Translations under genes and position numbers: made by a program
Part shown: positions 6,928-16,000 of the stretch, piece after piece
Numbering within the stretch: the stretch's first letter is position 1
Layout: each line of letters opens with the position of its first letter
NCBI GenBank assembly: GCA_028712575.1
Contig: JAQTPU010000001.1
Coordinates: forward strand, 1-28,369
Direction: 5' to 3'
Source of the DNA: Candidatus Iainarchaeum sp.
GTDB taxonomy: Archaea > Iainarchaeota > Iainarchaeia > Iainarchaeales > GCA-2688035
DNA length: 28,369 nucleotides
Notes under the pieces: generated by a model
Database searches by the model: none
Told to the model about the DNA's origin: nothing
The model's input: the letters and a program-made list of their open reading frames with translations, nothing else

Positions 6928-8034
6928 ATGCAGATACCGAATTTGACTCTTGCATATGCTGTTGCCGAATCCAGGCAGATAATTGAAACAAGCATGGTAA
7001 GGAAGGTTCAGGAGCTTGAAAACAACTGGTTAAAGGCAAAGCTCCATTCGAAGCAGGGCCAGAAAGACCTGATTATTGCGCCGCAGGCGCTCTTCCTGTC
7101 GGATTATTCCATTCCTGCAAAACAGTCCTCTTCCGGCTTCGGCGGTTTTTTGCGCAAGCACCTTGAAGGAAAAAAAATTTTAAAAATTTCACAGCAGGGC
7201 TTTGACAGGGTTGTTTTTCTGGAATTCCAGGACTTTTTCCTCATCCTCGAGCTTTTTGCAAAAGGCAACGTGATACTCGCGGACAAAAAAATGAAAATCC
7301 TCGGAGTCCTTCACAGGGAAGAATGGAAAGACAGGACACTGCAGAAAGGCTCCGATTACAAGGCATCGGGCTCAAAAGGCACTGACCCGTTAGACGCATC
7401 CCACGAATCATTTTTAAAATTCAGTTCTTCTGAATTTGAAATAGTAAAGGAACTTGTAAAAAATTTCAACATTGCGCCGGTTGTTGCCGAAGAGGCCCTG
7501 CTGGAATGCGGAATCCCGAAAGATGCGCCTGCAAAAAGCCTTTCACAGAAGCAATTCCTCCAGATTGCGGAAAAAATCCGGGAATTTTACACAATTGATT
7601 TGAAAAAAATCAAGCCTGTCATTGCGGAAAAAAATTCAGAACAGCTCATTCTGCCGTTTGAATTTGCTTCTGCAAAAACAACTGCGGGCTTCGGCTCCCT
7701 GCAGAACGCATTTGAAGAATTTTTTTCAAAGGAATTTTTCGGAAAAGAAGCAAAAAAAACAGGTTCCTCGCTTGAAAAAAAGCTTTCAGAATTCCAGAAA
7801 AGCCTTTCAAACCAGCTGGAGGCAAAAACCCGCCTCGGGGAAAAGGCAGCCCTCGATTCAAAAAAAGGCGAGGCGCTTTTTACGCATTACATTGAAGTGA
7901 AAAAGGCACTTGAAATTGCACGCGAAGCAAGGGGAAAGATAAGCGAAAAAGACATTATGTATAAGATGAGGATGTTTTCTTTTGTGAAGAGTGTTGATTC
8001 CAAAAAAAGCAGGTTAGTTGTAGAACTGGATTAA
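6928..8034 (+). CDS. NFACT/Rqc2 (aRqcH, FbpA-like) family protein, N-terminal half only
   Basis: GFDRVVFLEF and LILELFAKGNVILAD NFACT-N motifs, HhH region (NIAPVVAEEAL), first coiled coil. Ends at RLVVELD with no NFACT-R domain. Confidence 0.8.
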   Translation: MQIPNLTLAYAVAESRQIIETSMVRKVQELENNWLKAKLHSKQGQKDLIIAPQALFLSDYSIPAKQSSSGFGGFLRKHLEGKKILKISQQGFDRVVFLEFQDFFLILELFAKGNVILADKKMKILGVLHREEWKDRTLQKGSDYKASGSKGTDPLDASHESFLKFSSSEFEIVKELVKNFNIAPVVAEEALLECGIPKDAPAKSLSQKQFLQIAEKIREFYTIDLKKIKPVIAEKNSEQLILPFEFASAKTTAGFGSLQNAFEEFFSKEFFGKEAKKTGSSLEKKLSEFQKSLSNQLEAKTRLGEKAALDSKKGEALFTHYIEVKKALEIAREARGKISEKDIMYKMRMFSFVKSVDSKKSRLVVELD

Positions 8035-8107
8035 TCTGATTAGCCAGAATTAGTTTTTATTTAAAAGAATTGTTGGGAGGCAGAGCAGATTTTTTCCCTG
8101 GGTTTTA

Positions 8108-8166
8108 TTTTTCGCGTTAGCGAAAAACTTTCTTTCCCAAGGCTTTCTTTTCGAAAGAAAGGCTTT
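8108..8166 (+). repeat. Short member of the palindromic intergenic repeat family, between convergent genes (possible terminator)
   Basis: TTTTTCGC-GTTA-GCGAAAAA hairpin, then TTTCTTTCCCAAGGCTTTCTTT (22 bp shared with 9309-9330), then a CTTTCTTT-TCG-AAAGAAAG hairpin. Confidence 0.7.
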
Positions 8167-8452
8167 AGTCCGCTTCTGCGTTTGCCAATTCTCTTTCATC
8201 TACAATAAAAACATCGCTTACTGCAGTCACTGCAGAATATGGAATGTTCAGTGTCCTGCTTTTGCTGCCGAGCTTTCTTATTACCTTGCTGTCCCTGTCA
8301 AGCTCCACTATCAGGTAGATTATTTCCCCTGTGCGCTCGTCAACCATAAAATCAGCCAGCTTGCCGACTTCATCGCCCCTGTTTGTAATGACTCTCTTTG
8401 TAGCCAACTGCCTTGCAACAGTGTATTTGTACACAATTTCACCCCTTTTCAT
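8165..8452 (-). CDS. Stand-alone PRC-barrel domain protein (CdpB-like candidate)
   Basis: KRVITNRGDEVGKLADFMVDERTGEIIYLIV...IPYSAVTAVSDVFIV, a typical archaeal PRC-barrel pattern. Confidence 0.85.
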   Translation of the reverse strand: MKRGEIVYKYTVARQLATKRVITNRGDEVGKLADFMVDERTGEIIYLIVELDRDSKVIRKLGSKSRTLNIPYSAVTAVSDVFIVDERELANAEAD

Positions 8453-8679
8453 AATTAATTAACTTTTTTATTTAATTAATAAAACGCACTACTTCTTTAT
8501 AAATGTTTGTGGAAACGCGTTCTACATAAAGCTGCCCTGTCTTTTTCAAGGGCTTTTTTAAAAGCTTGCATTGCAAAAACATTTCCACAAAAAATTATTA
8601 TGAACTGCCAGATATTATTGAAAAATTAATGCTTGGAAACATATTTATTTGCCTTAGTGAATACTACTATTGTGGTTTA

Positions 8680-9243
8680 TTGCAAAAAAAATTGTTATTC
8701 GCAGCAATTGGCATGATTGCCCTGTTAATCATCCTGTTTGTTGTCATGCCTGCATTACTTTGTATAGATTGTGGTGATTTTCCCCCTATGCAGCCAACGA
8801 TGGAGGCACAAACCGCAATAAAATCAATTGCATCCAAGCCTGCAACCCCATACACCAGTAGGAACACGGTTTTTGGCCCAAACATAGAATCCTCGATTAA
8901 TACCAGAAGCATAGCTGAAGGTAGTGGCGGGCTTGTGTCTCTTGACATGGTTTGTGTTTCTGCGGGAGATTTTGCAAATGATCCAGTGAACTGGCCAGAT
9001 ACGAGTGGTAACATGTCTGTTGTGAAATATTCCGGTTCAAGCGCAAAGACAGTTTCTTTTGAAGCAATTTGCGATAAGGGAGATTTTATTTTTAAGGGCG
9101 GGGCAAACGGCTCAGGGCCCGATGACTATTTTGCCACGTATGACCCAAGATTGCAGATTCCTGGCGTTGATTGGAAAAAATGCCCCTGCATTGCCAGCGG
9201 AAGCCTGGAAATCTGTTGTGTCATAGCGCTTAAAAAAGTTTAA
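8680..9243 (+). CDS. Hypothetical secreted or membrane-anchored protein with N-terminal hydrophobic helix, Cys-rich
   Basis: TTG at 8680 after GTGGT gives MQKKLLFAAIGMIALLIILFVVMP. Contains VCVSAGDF and C-terminal CPC...ICCV motifs. Start is uncertain. Confidence 0.65.
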   Translation: MQKKLLFAAIGMIALLIILFVVMPALLCIDCGDFPPMQPTMEAQTAIKSIASKPATPYTSRNTVFGPNIESSINTRSIAEGSGGLVSLDMVCVSAGDFANDPVNWPDTSGNMSVVKYSGSSAKTVSFEAICDKGDFIFKGGANGSGPDDYFATYDPRLQIPGVDWKKCPCIASGSLEICCVIALKKV

Positions 9244-9272
9244 TTAAAAAAATATTTTTTCTGAGCCAATGT

Positions 9273-9345
9273 GAGCGAAGCGAACTACAATTTGCTGAAA
9301 GCAAATTGTTTCTTTCCCAAGGCTTTCTTTCCAAGAAAGGCTTTT
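9273..9345 (+). repeat. Short member of the palindromic intergenic repeat family
   Basis: GAGCGAAGCGA, ACAATTTGC-TGAAA-GCAAATTGT hairpin, then the 22-bp core at 9309-9330 identical to 8129-8150. Confidence 0.7.
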
Positions 9346-9436
9346 TTAAGCCTGTTTTTTCACATTTTTGTCTTGTTTTTAAGCCAGCAAAATAATCCTA
9401 AATAATAATTTAAATCGTATTGCCCCTATTGTGTGC

Positions 9437-10579
9437 ATGTCGAGAGCAAAGTTTTATAGTGAGGAAGAGCAACGTAAATTTTTTGCCTCTGCTAAGAAAT
9501 CTCTTAAGATGGGCAGCAGAAAGTTGTCAGTTATGTTGGGTTTGAAATCTCGCGGTGGTCTTGAGGGATATTCCTCGGCACGCACAGCCCCGCCTGTGGA
9601 AATAGTTAAAAAATTGGAAAAGCTGACCGGAGTAAAAGCCAATTATCAATTAGCAGGGAATAAAGTCTGTAATAAAAAAAGAGCTTTTTTGCCAATGGAT
9701 CCAGAACAAGCCCGAACTAATTTGAAGAAAGTATTTGGGAAAGACTTTTACTATTTGGAGACTTTGATAAAATCAGATTCTAGTATTACTGAAATAATTT
9801 CAAAACTTCGTGATAAGGAATATCATTTTGATAATTCCAACATTAGCCGCTGTATTGGTGCGTATAGAACAAATTTGTTGTCAAAAATAGTTGAAGAAAT
9901 TTCTGCAGGAGATAATGAAATTATTATTTCGGGCAGAGTGAGACAAGACAAAGGAACTTTGGCACTTACTTTTAACCTTCTTCTTTTGTATAAAATTTTG
10001 GCTCGCAAAGAGATTAGGGTGGGATTAGAGCTTGCGGTTAAAAGAGATAAAGTCAGGGTTTTTCCTCTTGAATTTGGCAGAAAGTTAATGCGTTCAAGCG
10101 GCGCGATAAAAATCTTGCTGACGGAAAAATCCGAGTTTTTGCCTAAATCAAAAATAAAGATAATTCTTAACCCTAAAAATTTTGGTTTCACTGATGTGGA
10201 AGCGATTTATGATTCTGATGCAAGAATTATTGCTAAACCATTACTGGAACAAGGTTTTATTTTGGACAAGAACAGGGGAACTCCTTTTAGCTTGAAAGGC
10301 GACCTTTCTTTGTATTTTCTGAATAAACATATCATTTTAGAAATAACCCGGGCAACTACATATCAAGCGGGCTATTTTAAAGTTGGCCAATGTTTTGTGC
10401 AGAATACTTGCTCGCCAGATTCACTGCAATTTTTGGTATGCCAAAGTTCGTTTTTAACAAAGGAGTGCATTAATGCTTTAAATAAAATTGGCGTCATAAT
10501 AATTGACACTTCGTTTGGGACGGGATGGGAAAAAGAAGTTGTTGGCAAGATAAAAAAGGTTGTTAAAAATGAATCCTAA
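9437..10579 (+). CDS. AT-rich protein with N-terminal Cro/Xre-like HTH and putative C-terminal PD-(D/E)XK nuclease domain
   Basis: RKLSVMLGLKSRGGLEGYSSARTAPPVEIVKKL (HTH-like). C-terminal GDLSLY..IILEIT....YFKVGQ resembles D...ExK motifs with a following GQ helix. Overlaps the taw1 start by 11 nt. Confidence 0.6.
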   Translation: MSRAKFYSEEEQRKFFASAKKSLKMGSRKLSVMLGLKSRGGLEGYSSARTAPPVEIVKKLEKLTGVKANYQLAGNKVCNKKRAFLPMDPEQARTNLKKVFGKDFYYLETLIKSDSSITEIISKLRDKEYHFDNSNISRCIGAYRTNLLSKIVEEISAGDNEIIISGRVRQDKGTLALTFNLLLLYKILARKEIRVGLELAVKRDKVRVFPLEFGRKLMRSSGAIKILLTEKSEFLPKSKIKIILNPKNFGFTDVEAIYDSDARIIAKPLLEQGFILDKNRGTPFSLKGDLSLYFLNKHIILEITRATTYQAGYFKVGQCFVQNTCSPDSLQFLVCQSSFLTKECINALNKIGVIIIDTSFGTGWEKEVVGKIKKVVKNES

Positions 10580-11522
10580 AGTTATTGAAAAATTAGGCAA
10601 AGAAGGTTATAGGCTTGTTGGCAGCCATAGTGCCATAAAAGTCTGCTTGTGGACAAAAAAAGCTTTGCAGGGAAAAGGGGTTTGTTACAAGGAAAAATTT
10701 TATGGAATAAGCAGCCATCGCTGCGTCCAGATGAGCTGTTCTTTGTTTAATTGCCAGAATAAGTGTATTCATTGCTGGAGAGACTTGAATTACACTGTTT
10801 CAGAGAAAGTCAAGAAACCCGATAACCCCGAAAAAATTGTTGACGATTGCATTAATGAGCAAAAAAAAATTTTACAGGGTTTCAGAAGCAATGAAAATGT
10901 TGCCGAAAAAAAATTTGCCGAGGCGATGGCACCAAAGCAATTTGCCATAAGCCTTACTGGCGAAGCGACCCTGTATCCTTTATTAAGCGACTTAATACTG
11001 GAACTAAAGAAAAGAAAAATAACCTCTTTTTTGGTGACAAATGGTTTAAATCCAAAGGCATTGGAAAAACTTTTTGAAAAAAATGCGCTTCCAACCCAGC
11101 TGTATATTTCTCTTAACAGCCCAGGCAAAAAAGCATACTCAAAATGGCACAACAGCAAATCTAAAAATGCTTGGGCGAAGTTTAACAAATCTTTAAAGCT
11201 AATGAAAAAACTGGGCAAAAAAACCCGGACTGCTCTGAGGCTGACACTTGTAAAAGATTTGAATATGATTGAACCTGAAAACTATGTAAAATTAATAAAA
11301 AAAGCTTCCCCTAATTTTGTTGAAATAAAAGCGTTTATGTCAGTGGGTTATTCACGGAAGAGATTGGGCTATGACAGAATGCCTTTGCATTCTGAAGTGA
11401 AATCTTTTGCAGAAAAGATTAATAATTACTTAAACTATGATTTTGCAGGCGAAAGCACTGAAAGCAGAGTGGTGCTGCTTTCTTCTGGAAAAAAGAAACT
11501 GAAAATTAAAAAGGATGATTAG
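10569..11522 (+). CDS. taw1: 4-demethylwyosine (imG-14) synthase Taw1/TYW1, radical SAM
   Basis: HSAIKVCLWTKK..CYKEKFYGISSHRCVQM, CQNKCIHCWR (CxxxCxxC), AISLTGEATLY, FVEIKAFMSVGYSR. Confidence 0.93.
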   Translation: MNPKVIEKLGKEGYRLVGSHSAIKVCLWTKKALQGKGVCYKEKFYGISSHRCVQMSCSLFNCQNKCIHCWRDLNYTVSEKVKKPDNPEKIVDDCINEQKKILQGFRSNENVAEKKFAEAMAPKQFAISLTGEATLYPLLSDLILELKKRKITSFLVTNGLNPKALEKLFEKNALPTQLYISLNSPGKKAYSKWHNSKSKNAWAKFNKSLKLMKKLGKKTRTALRLTLVKDLNMIEPENYVKLIKKASPNFVEIKAFMSVGYSRKRLGYDRMPLHSEVKSFAEKINNYLNYDFAGESTESRVVLLSSGKKKLKIKKDD

Positions 11523-11523
11523 A

Positions 11524-11814
11524 ATGGGCAGAGATGAAGAGGACGAAGGCGACAGGCCGAGGCGCGGAAAAAAATCTTTCTGGAGCAGTTCAGCAGTGCT
11601 GCTTTTGTTCTGCATTATTCTCGGCTTGATTGTAGGTGTTATTGTAGAGCACATGTATATTGAGCCTGTGCTTGCGCCGCAGACCCTGCGGGAGCTTAAT
11701 GCCTGCAAATCGCAAATCAGCCTGTTGAATCAGGAAAACCGGGACTGCCTGAATGAACTGCACGGCGGAAAATCAGTTGCAAACCCAAATGACGGGAATA
11801 ATCCAAACAGCTAA
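11524..11814 (+). CDS. Small single-TM protein with coiled coil, hypothetical
   Basis: Charged N-terminus, one hydrophobic helix (AVLLLFCIILGLIVGVIV), heptad tail; follows the taw1 stop immediately (alternative ATG at 11515). Confidence 0.65.
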   Translation: MGRDEEDEGDRPRRGKKSFWSSSAVLLLFCIILGLIVGVIVEHMYIEPVLAPQTLRELNACKSQISLLNQENRDCLNELHGGKSVANPNDGNNPNS

Positions 11815-12416
11815 TTTTTTTCTTCCGCAATATTTCCATTCGGAGTTTTTTCGTGGAAAATCTGTGCCTGGAATTTGAATATTTTTGTTTCCCTGCTCTG
11901 CCATGCGCTTTCAGGCAGCGAGGCTTTTCTGCAGCAATATCTTACGAATTCTTCCGGATTCCATTTTTCATCCACAGCAACCTGCGGCAGAAGAAGCCCG
12001 CTTCTCCCGCTTTTCTGGACAATTAATCCGTCTCTTCCGATTTTGATTTTTTCCAGAATCTCTTTTTTTTCGCCTGTAATTTCTTCAGGCTTTGTTAAAA
12101 CAGAAATTTCAATGACAATTTTTTCAAGCTCTTCAGCCATCAAAGGCGGAAAGCGCGGATCATGAAAGCCTGCTTCAACAGCAACCTGAATAATGCTGTC
12201 CCAAAGTGGCTTGATTGCATAGGGAAAACCGATACAGCCCCGTAATTCCCTGCCGGGAAAGCCCTTGGCAGTGACAAAAACACCGCATTCCTTTGCAAAT
12301 TTGTCATTGACTGCATTTTCCCTCAAAAGAGAGCCGGTGGCGCTATAGTATTCAATGCTTTTCCTTGCAAGCCTTACAAGCTCTTTTCCTTCTTCAAGGG
12401 AAAACAATCCGGCCAT
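11811..12416 (-). CDS. AMMECR1/TIGR00296-family protein (AmmeMemoRadiSam protein A-like)
   Basis: GVFVT...ELRGCIG, DPRFPP, IEISVLT, GRDGLIV...GLLLPQVA, FQAQIF; start placed at ATG 12416. Confidence 0.92.
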   Translation of the reverse strand: MAGLFSLEEGKELVRLARKSIEYYSATGSLLRENAVNDKFAKECGVFVTAKGFPGRELRGCIGFPYAIKPLWDSIIQVAVEAGFHDPRFPPLMAEELEKIVIEISVLTKPEEITGEKKEILEKIKIGRDGLIVQKSGRSGLLLPQVAVDEKWNPEEFVRYCCRKASLPESAWQSRETKIFKFQAQIFHEKTPNGNIAEEKN

Positions 12417-12518
12417 TGGAAATAATCTGCGCCAAACTATTTTTAAGAACACCCACAAAAAATAATTAACTGATTTAAATTAATAAGTTATTCTTCTATT
12501 TTTTTTTTCTTCCCAGGC

Positions 12519-12731
12519 GTGCAAATTTTTTTTTCCGTGCATGCGCTTAAACGCATGAAAGAGAGGAACATTGGCAGGGCTTCAATAGCCAGGATTCTGG
12601 AGCAGCCAGACATTATTGAGTGTTCTTTTTCAAACAGGAAAATAGCCGTCAAAAAAACAGAAAAAACATGGAAAGTTGTTTTTGTGCAGGAGCAGGGCAG
12701 GATTGTTGTAATCAGTGTTTATTTTGTCTGA
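12519..12731 (+). CDS. DUF4258-family (BrnT/RelE-like) putative toxin
   Basis: FSVHALKRMKERNI...VVISVY pattern; GTG start. Confidence 0.8.
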   Translation: MQIFFSVHALKRMKERNIGRASIARILEQPDIIECSFSNRKIAVKKTEKTWKVVFVQEQGRIVVISVYFV

Positions 12732-12943
12732 GCAATTGCTTCCGCGGTTTTCAGGCTTTCCCTGCCGAGATTTTTTGAAGCATTCAATATTTCTATTCCG
12801 ATGATTTTGTTTTCCGCATTGAAATCGATAATAATGTCGCTTTTTATTTCCACCGTGCGCGCAATGCTGTCTCCGCCGGGTTCATGCAAATAAATATATG
12901 CAGCGTCGGAAATTTTATCGTAAGTGAATTTTGAGCCCTTCAT
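12719..12943 (-). CDS. DUF2283-family protein (putative antitoxin partner)
   Basis: TYDKISDAAYIYL...IIIDFNAENKIIGIEILNASK signature; ATG 12943. Confidence 0.85.
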   Translation of the reverse strand: MKGSKFTYDKISDAAYIYLHEPGGDSIARTVEIKSDIIIDFNAENKIIGIEILNASKNLGRESLKTAEAIAQTK

Positions 12944-13045
12944 AGAATAAAATTTTACGCAGGACTTTAAAAGAATATTGGGGGAAATCGCTTTTTGTCG
13001 AATTCGGTGCATGTTTTTTAAACCGATTCAGCCCGCTCTTTTTTC

Positions 13046-16000
13046 ATGCAAAAAGAATTTTTCAGGCGGTTTTCGGTTTTTTTGCTCTGCATTTCGATTG
13101 TTTTTTTATCCGGCTGCATTTCTGAAGAGGCCTCCGAAACAGAAAGGTTTTTGTGCCTTGACCTTACAAACAGGCCGTTCGCCCTTGTCCCCAAATGCGC
13201 CTCGCAGGAAAAATGCTTTGAAGAGGCGGATTCGAGGCTGTTTGATTTCGACTCCGGCGTTCTGCCCTATGATTCGAGGTCAGAACTTGTTTCCCTGAAG
13301 AACAGCCTTGCCTCAAGCTGGCTTTTTTTCAACAAGGCCGGGGAAAACATCAGGGCAATAAATTCGGCCTGTTCTTCAGGCGGGGATTTTTCCGGCCTCG
13401 CAGGGCAGGTAAACGAGCTCAATTACAGCCTTGCAAAGGCATTTGAATTCTCTGACAAGGCGAATTATTCCGCGTTTTCAATTGTCTCTGCGGAAGAAAA
13501 AAACCTTGAAGAAGAAAAAATTTTCCTTGCAAAGGAAGAGCCATTGTACAATGATTTTGCCCTCATTAACCGCAACCTCAACGACCTGCAGTCGCAGAAC
13601 CTGGAATCCGGGACATTTGCAGGGGCATACCTCAAGGAAATGCACTCCCTGAATGCGCTTATGAAGCGCACAGGCTTTGAAAGGGATTTTATAGAGGAAA
13701 CTACTGCAATAGATTTTTTTGAAAAATATGCCCCTGACATCACAAAGGGGAAGGAGGCGGAGCGGGTTTTTAAGATTCCTTTTTTTGGGGATGCAATAGG
13801 TTCTTTTGTCTCTTTTTTGAACGATTTTTTAAAAATAAATTCCGCTTCCGAAGCCCTTTCAAAAATGCCTGCCTTTGAATACCTGCAGGCATACGGTTCC
13901 CTTGCAGGCTCGGAAAATTCTGCAATCAGCAATTTTTCCCTGCTTTTAAGGAACGACTGCCTGCACAGGCAGGCCCTCATTGAAAGAAACGCAGGGCTTG
14001 AACTGCAGATAACCGGAAAAATAAATTCGGCTTCGGAAAAAATCGCCCTGCTTTCCTCGAGCAGGCTTGCCTCTTTCGACGCAAACTTTCTGGCGGAGCT
14101 TTACTCGCTTCTTGGCCAGGATTCCGAAATAGCCACCCAGAAATTTTCAATCCAGGACTTTTCAAATTTCAGGGAAAAGGCCGTTGCAGAGCTTCTTCCC
14201 CTGTCCGCAAGGTTCAGCGAAACCAGGCAGAAGGATTTTTTGGGAACACTGCCCCTCGGCGAAGAAACCCTTTCCCTCAAGGAAATTGATTCAAGGCTCT
14301 CAAGCCTGCTCGAAAACCTCTCTTTCCTGGAAAACGAGTCGCTTTCAGGCCTTGAAGTCCTGTGCAGGGAAAGGACAAAAAAAATTTCCGCTTCAATTGA
14401 GGAGCAAAAAATTCCGGATTCCCTTGTTGTAAAGGCATCTGATTTGAAGGCGCGCATCAAGTTCAGGATTTCAGAATTCAATGGTTCAAAGGAAACCTAT
14501 GAAAGGCTTTTTTTGTGCAAGCGCACAATCGAGGAATTCAATGATTTCAGGCTTGCAGTTGAAGGCTTCGAGGAATACTCCCTGAAAGAAGAAATTATTG
14601 CGGAAGAATGCTTTTCCTTTCTTGAAAAAATCTTCTCTTCAGGGCAGTCAGCATTCGACCTGTCAGACTTTAAAACAAGGTTCCAGAAAATAAAAAACCT
14701 TGAAACCCGGCTTTCGGGGATTGAAAACAAGGGCAGCCTCTGCGCCTCCCTTGAAAGCGACACACTCGCTTTCCTGAAAGGAAATTACCGTTCTGTCCTG
14801 CTCAAAAAAGGCTTTTCAAACGCAAGGGAAAAGCTCGAAACGCTTGAAATAATAGACGGTTATTCGGAGCAGTCAGTGCCGGAAACCGCATTAAGCAATT
14901 TCCGCGAAAAAATTGCTGGCCTGAAAAAATATTTTTCAGGGGAAAACATAATTTTTGAAAAAGCGCTGCCTGTTTTTCAGGAGCTTGAAGAAAGCGTTTT
15001 TTCGCTTGAAGAATCCCTTGAAAGCGGGCTTGACAGTGTAATAGCGGTTTTTTCCTCAAAAACGAGCGCAATAGAGTTTTTTTCAGAGCCCTGCGAAAGC
15101 CAGGACCTGAATCTAAAGGTAAGGATAACTGCAAACAACCCTTTCAGGGCAACAGGCAGGATAGCCCTCAAAATCCCATTTGCTTATTCCTTCAAGAAGC
15201 TTGCCCTTCCGGAAAATTTTTTCCTTTCGGGGGAAACGCTTGCAATAGGCCTGGATTCCCTGCCGCTTGGAATTTCGTTTTTTGATTTTTTCGGAACACG
15301 GGAAAGCGAAAAAAAACAGGAAACCCAGCAGGCAGACGCCAACCAGGCCGCGAAAACAGCCTATCAGGAACCCGCTGCAAAAAAACCAGAAACAAACGCA
15401 GTGCAGGGGCCGGCAGTGCAGAAACAGGCCTCTTCGGATTATGCAAAGAAAATTTCCGGGCAAAAAGCCGGGCTCCTTGAAAAAACAGCTTCTTTCTGGA
15501 ACCAGCTTGTTTCGCTCAATGAAACTGAAAGCTTTGCAGAAAACCACGATTCCCTGCTTGCCCTTGATTCGGAAATTGACAGGAGCCTCGCCCTCGGCGA
15601 TTTCAACAAAGCAAACTCCGTTCTCTCTTCGCTTGAACAGGAAACAGGCTCTTTCACTGAAAAATCAAAGGCCTTCCTGAAAGAAAAAACAGATGCGCTT
15701 TCAAAAAGAATCGCCTCCTTTGAGGAGTCTGTTTCAAAAAAAATTCCGGAAAAGGTTTCTTCGCTTCTTTCAATTATTGAAAGCGTTCCGGAAGAAACAC
15801 TTTTCAAGCTCGGCTATGTTGCCCCTGTTTCAAAAGAAAGGCTGCAAAAAATGCAGCTGCAGCTCGGCTCGCTGAATTCGGAAAAGCTTGCGGAGCAATT
15901 CTCCAAGTTCAGGGGCCTTGTTTCAAAAGAAAAATTTTCAGATGCAATACTGGGCTTTTCGGAATTTGAAAAAGACCTTGCAAAAAAAGAAACAGAACTG

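Noticed and set aside
8506-8591. 10-bp inverted repeat TTTGTGGAAA / TTTCCACAAA as a replication origin (ORB-like)
   Set aside because: There is only one short pair, with no G-string and no adjacent cdc6/orc1. It is at best an operator in a divergent promoter and could be chance.
10569-12416. AmmeMemoRadiSam system formed by AMMECR1 plus the nearby radical SAM gene
   Set aside because: The radical SAM protein is clearly Taw1, it is on the opposite strand, and no MEMO1-like gene is present.
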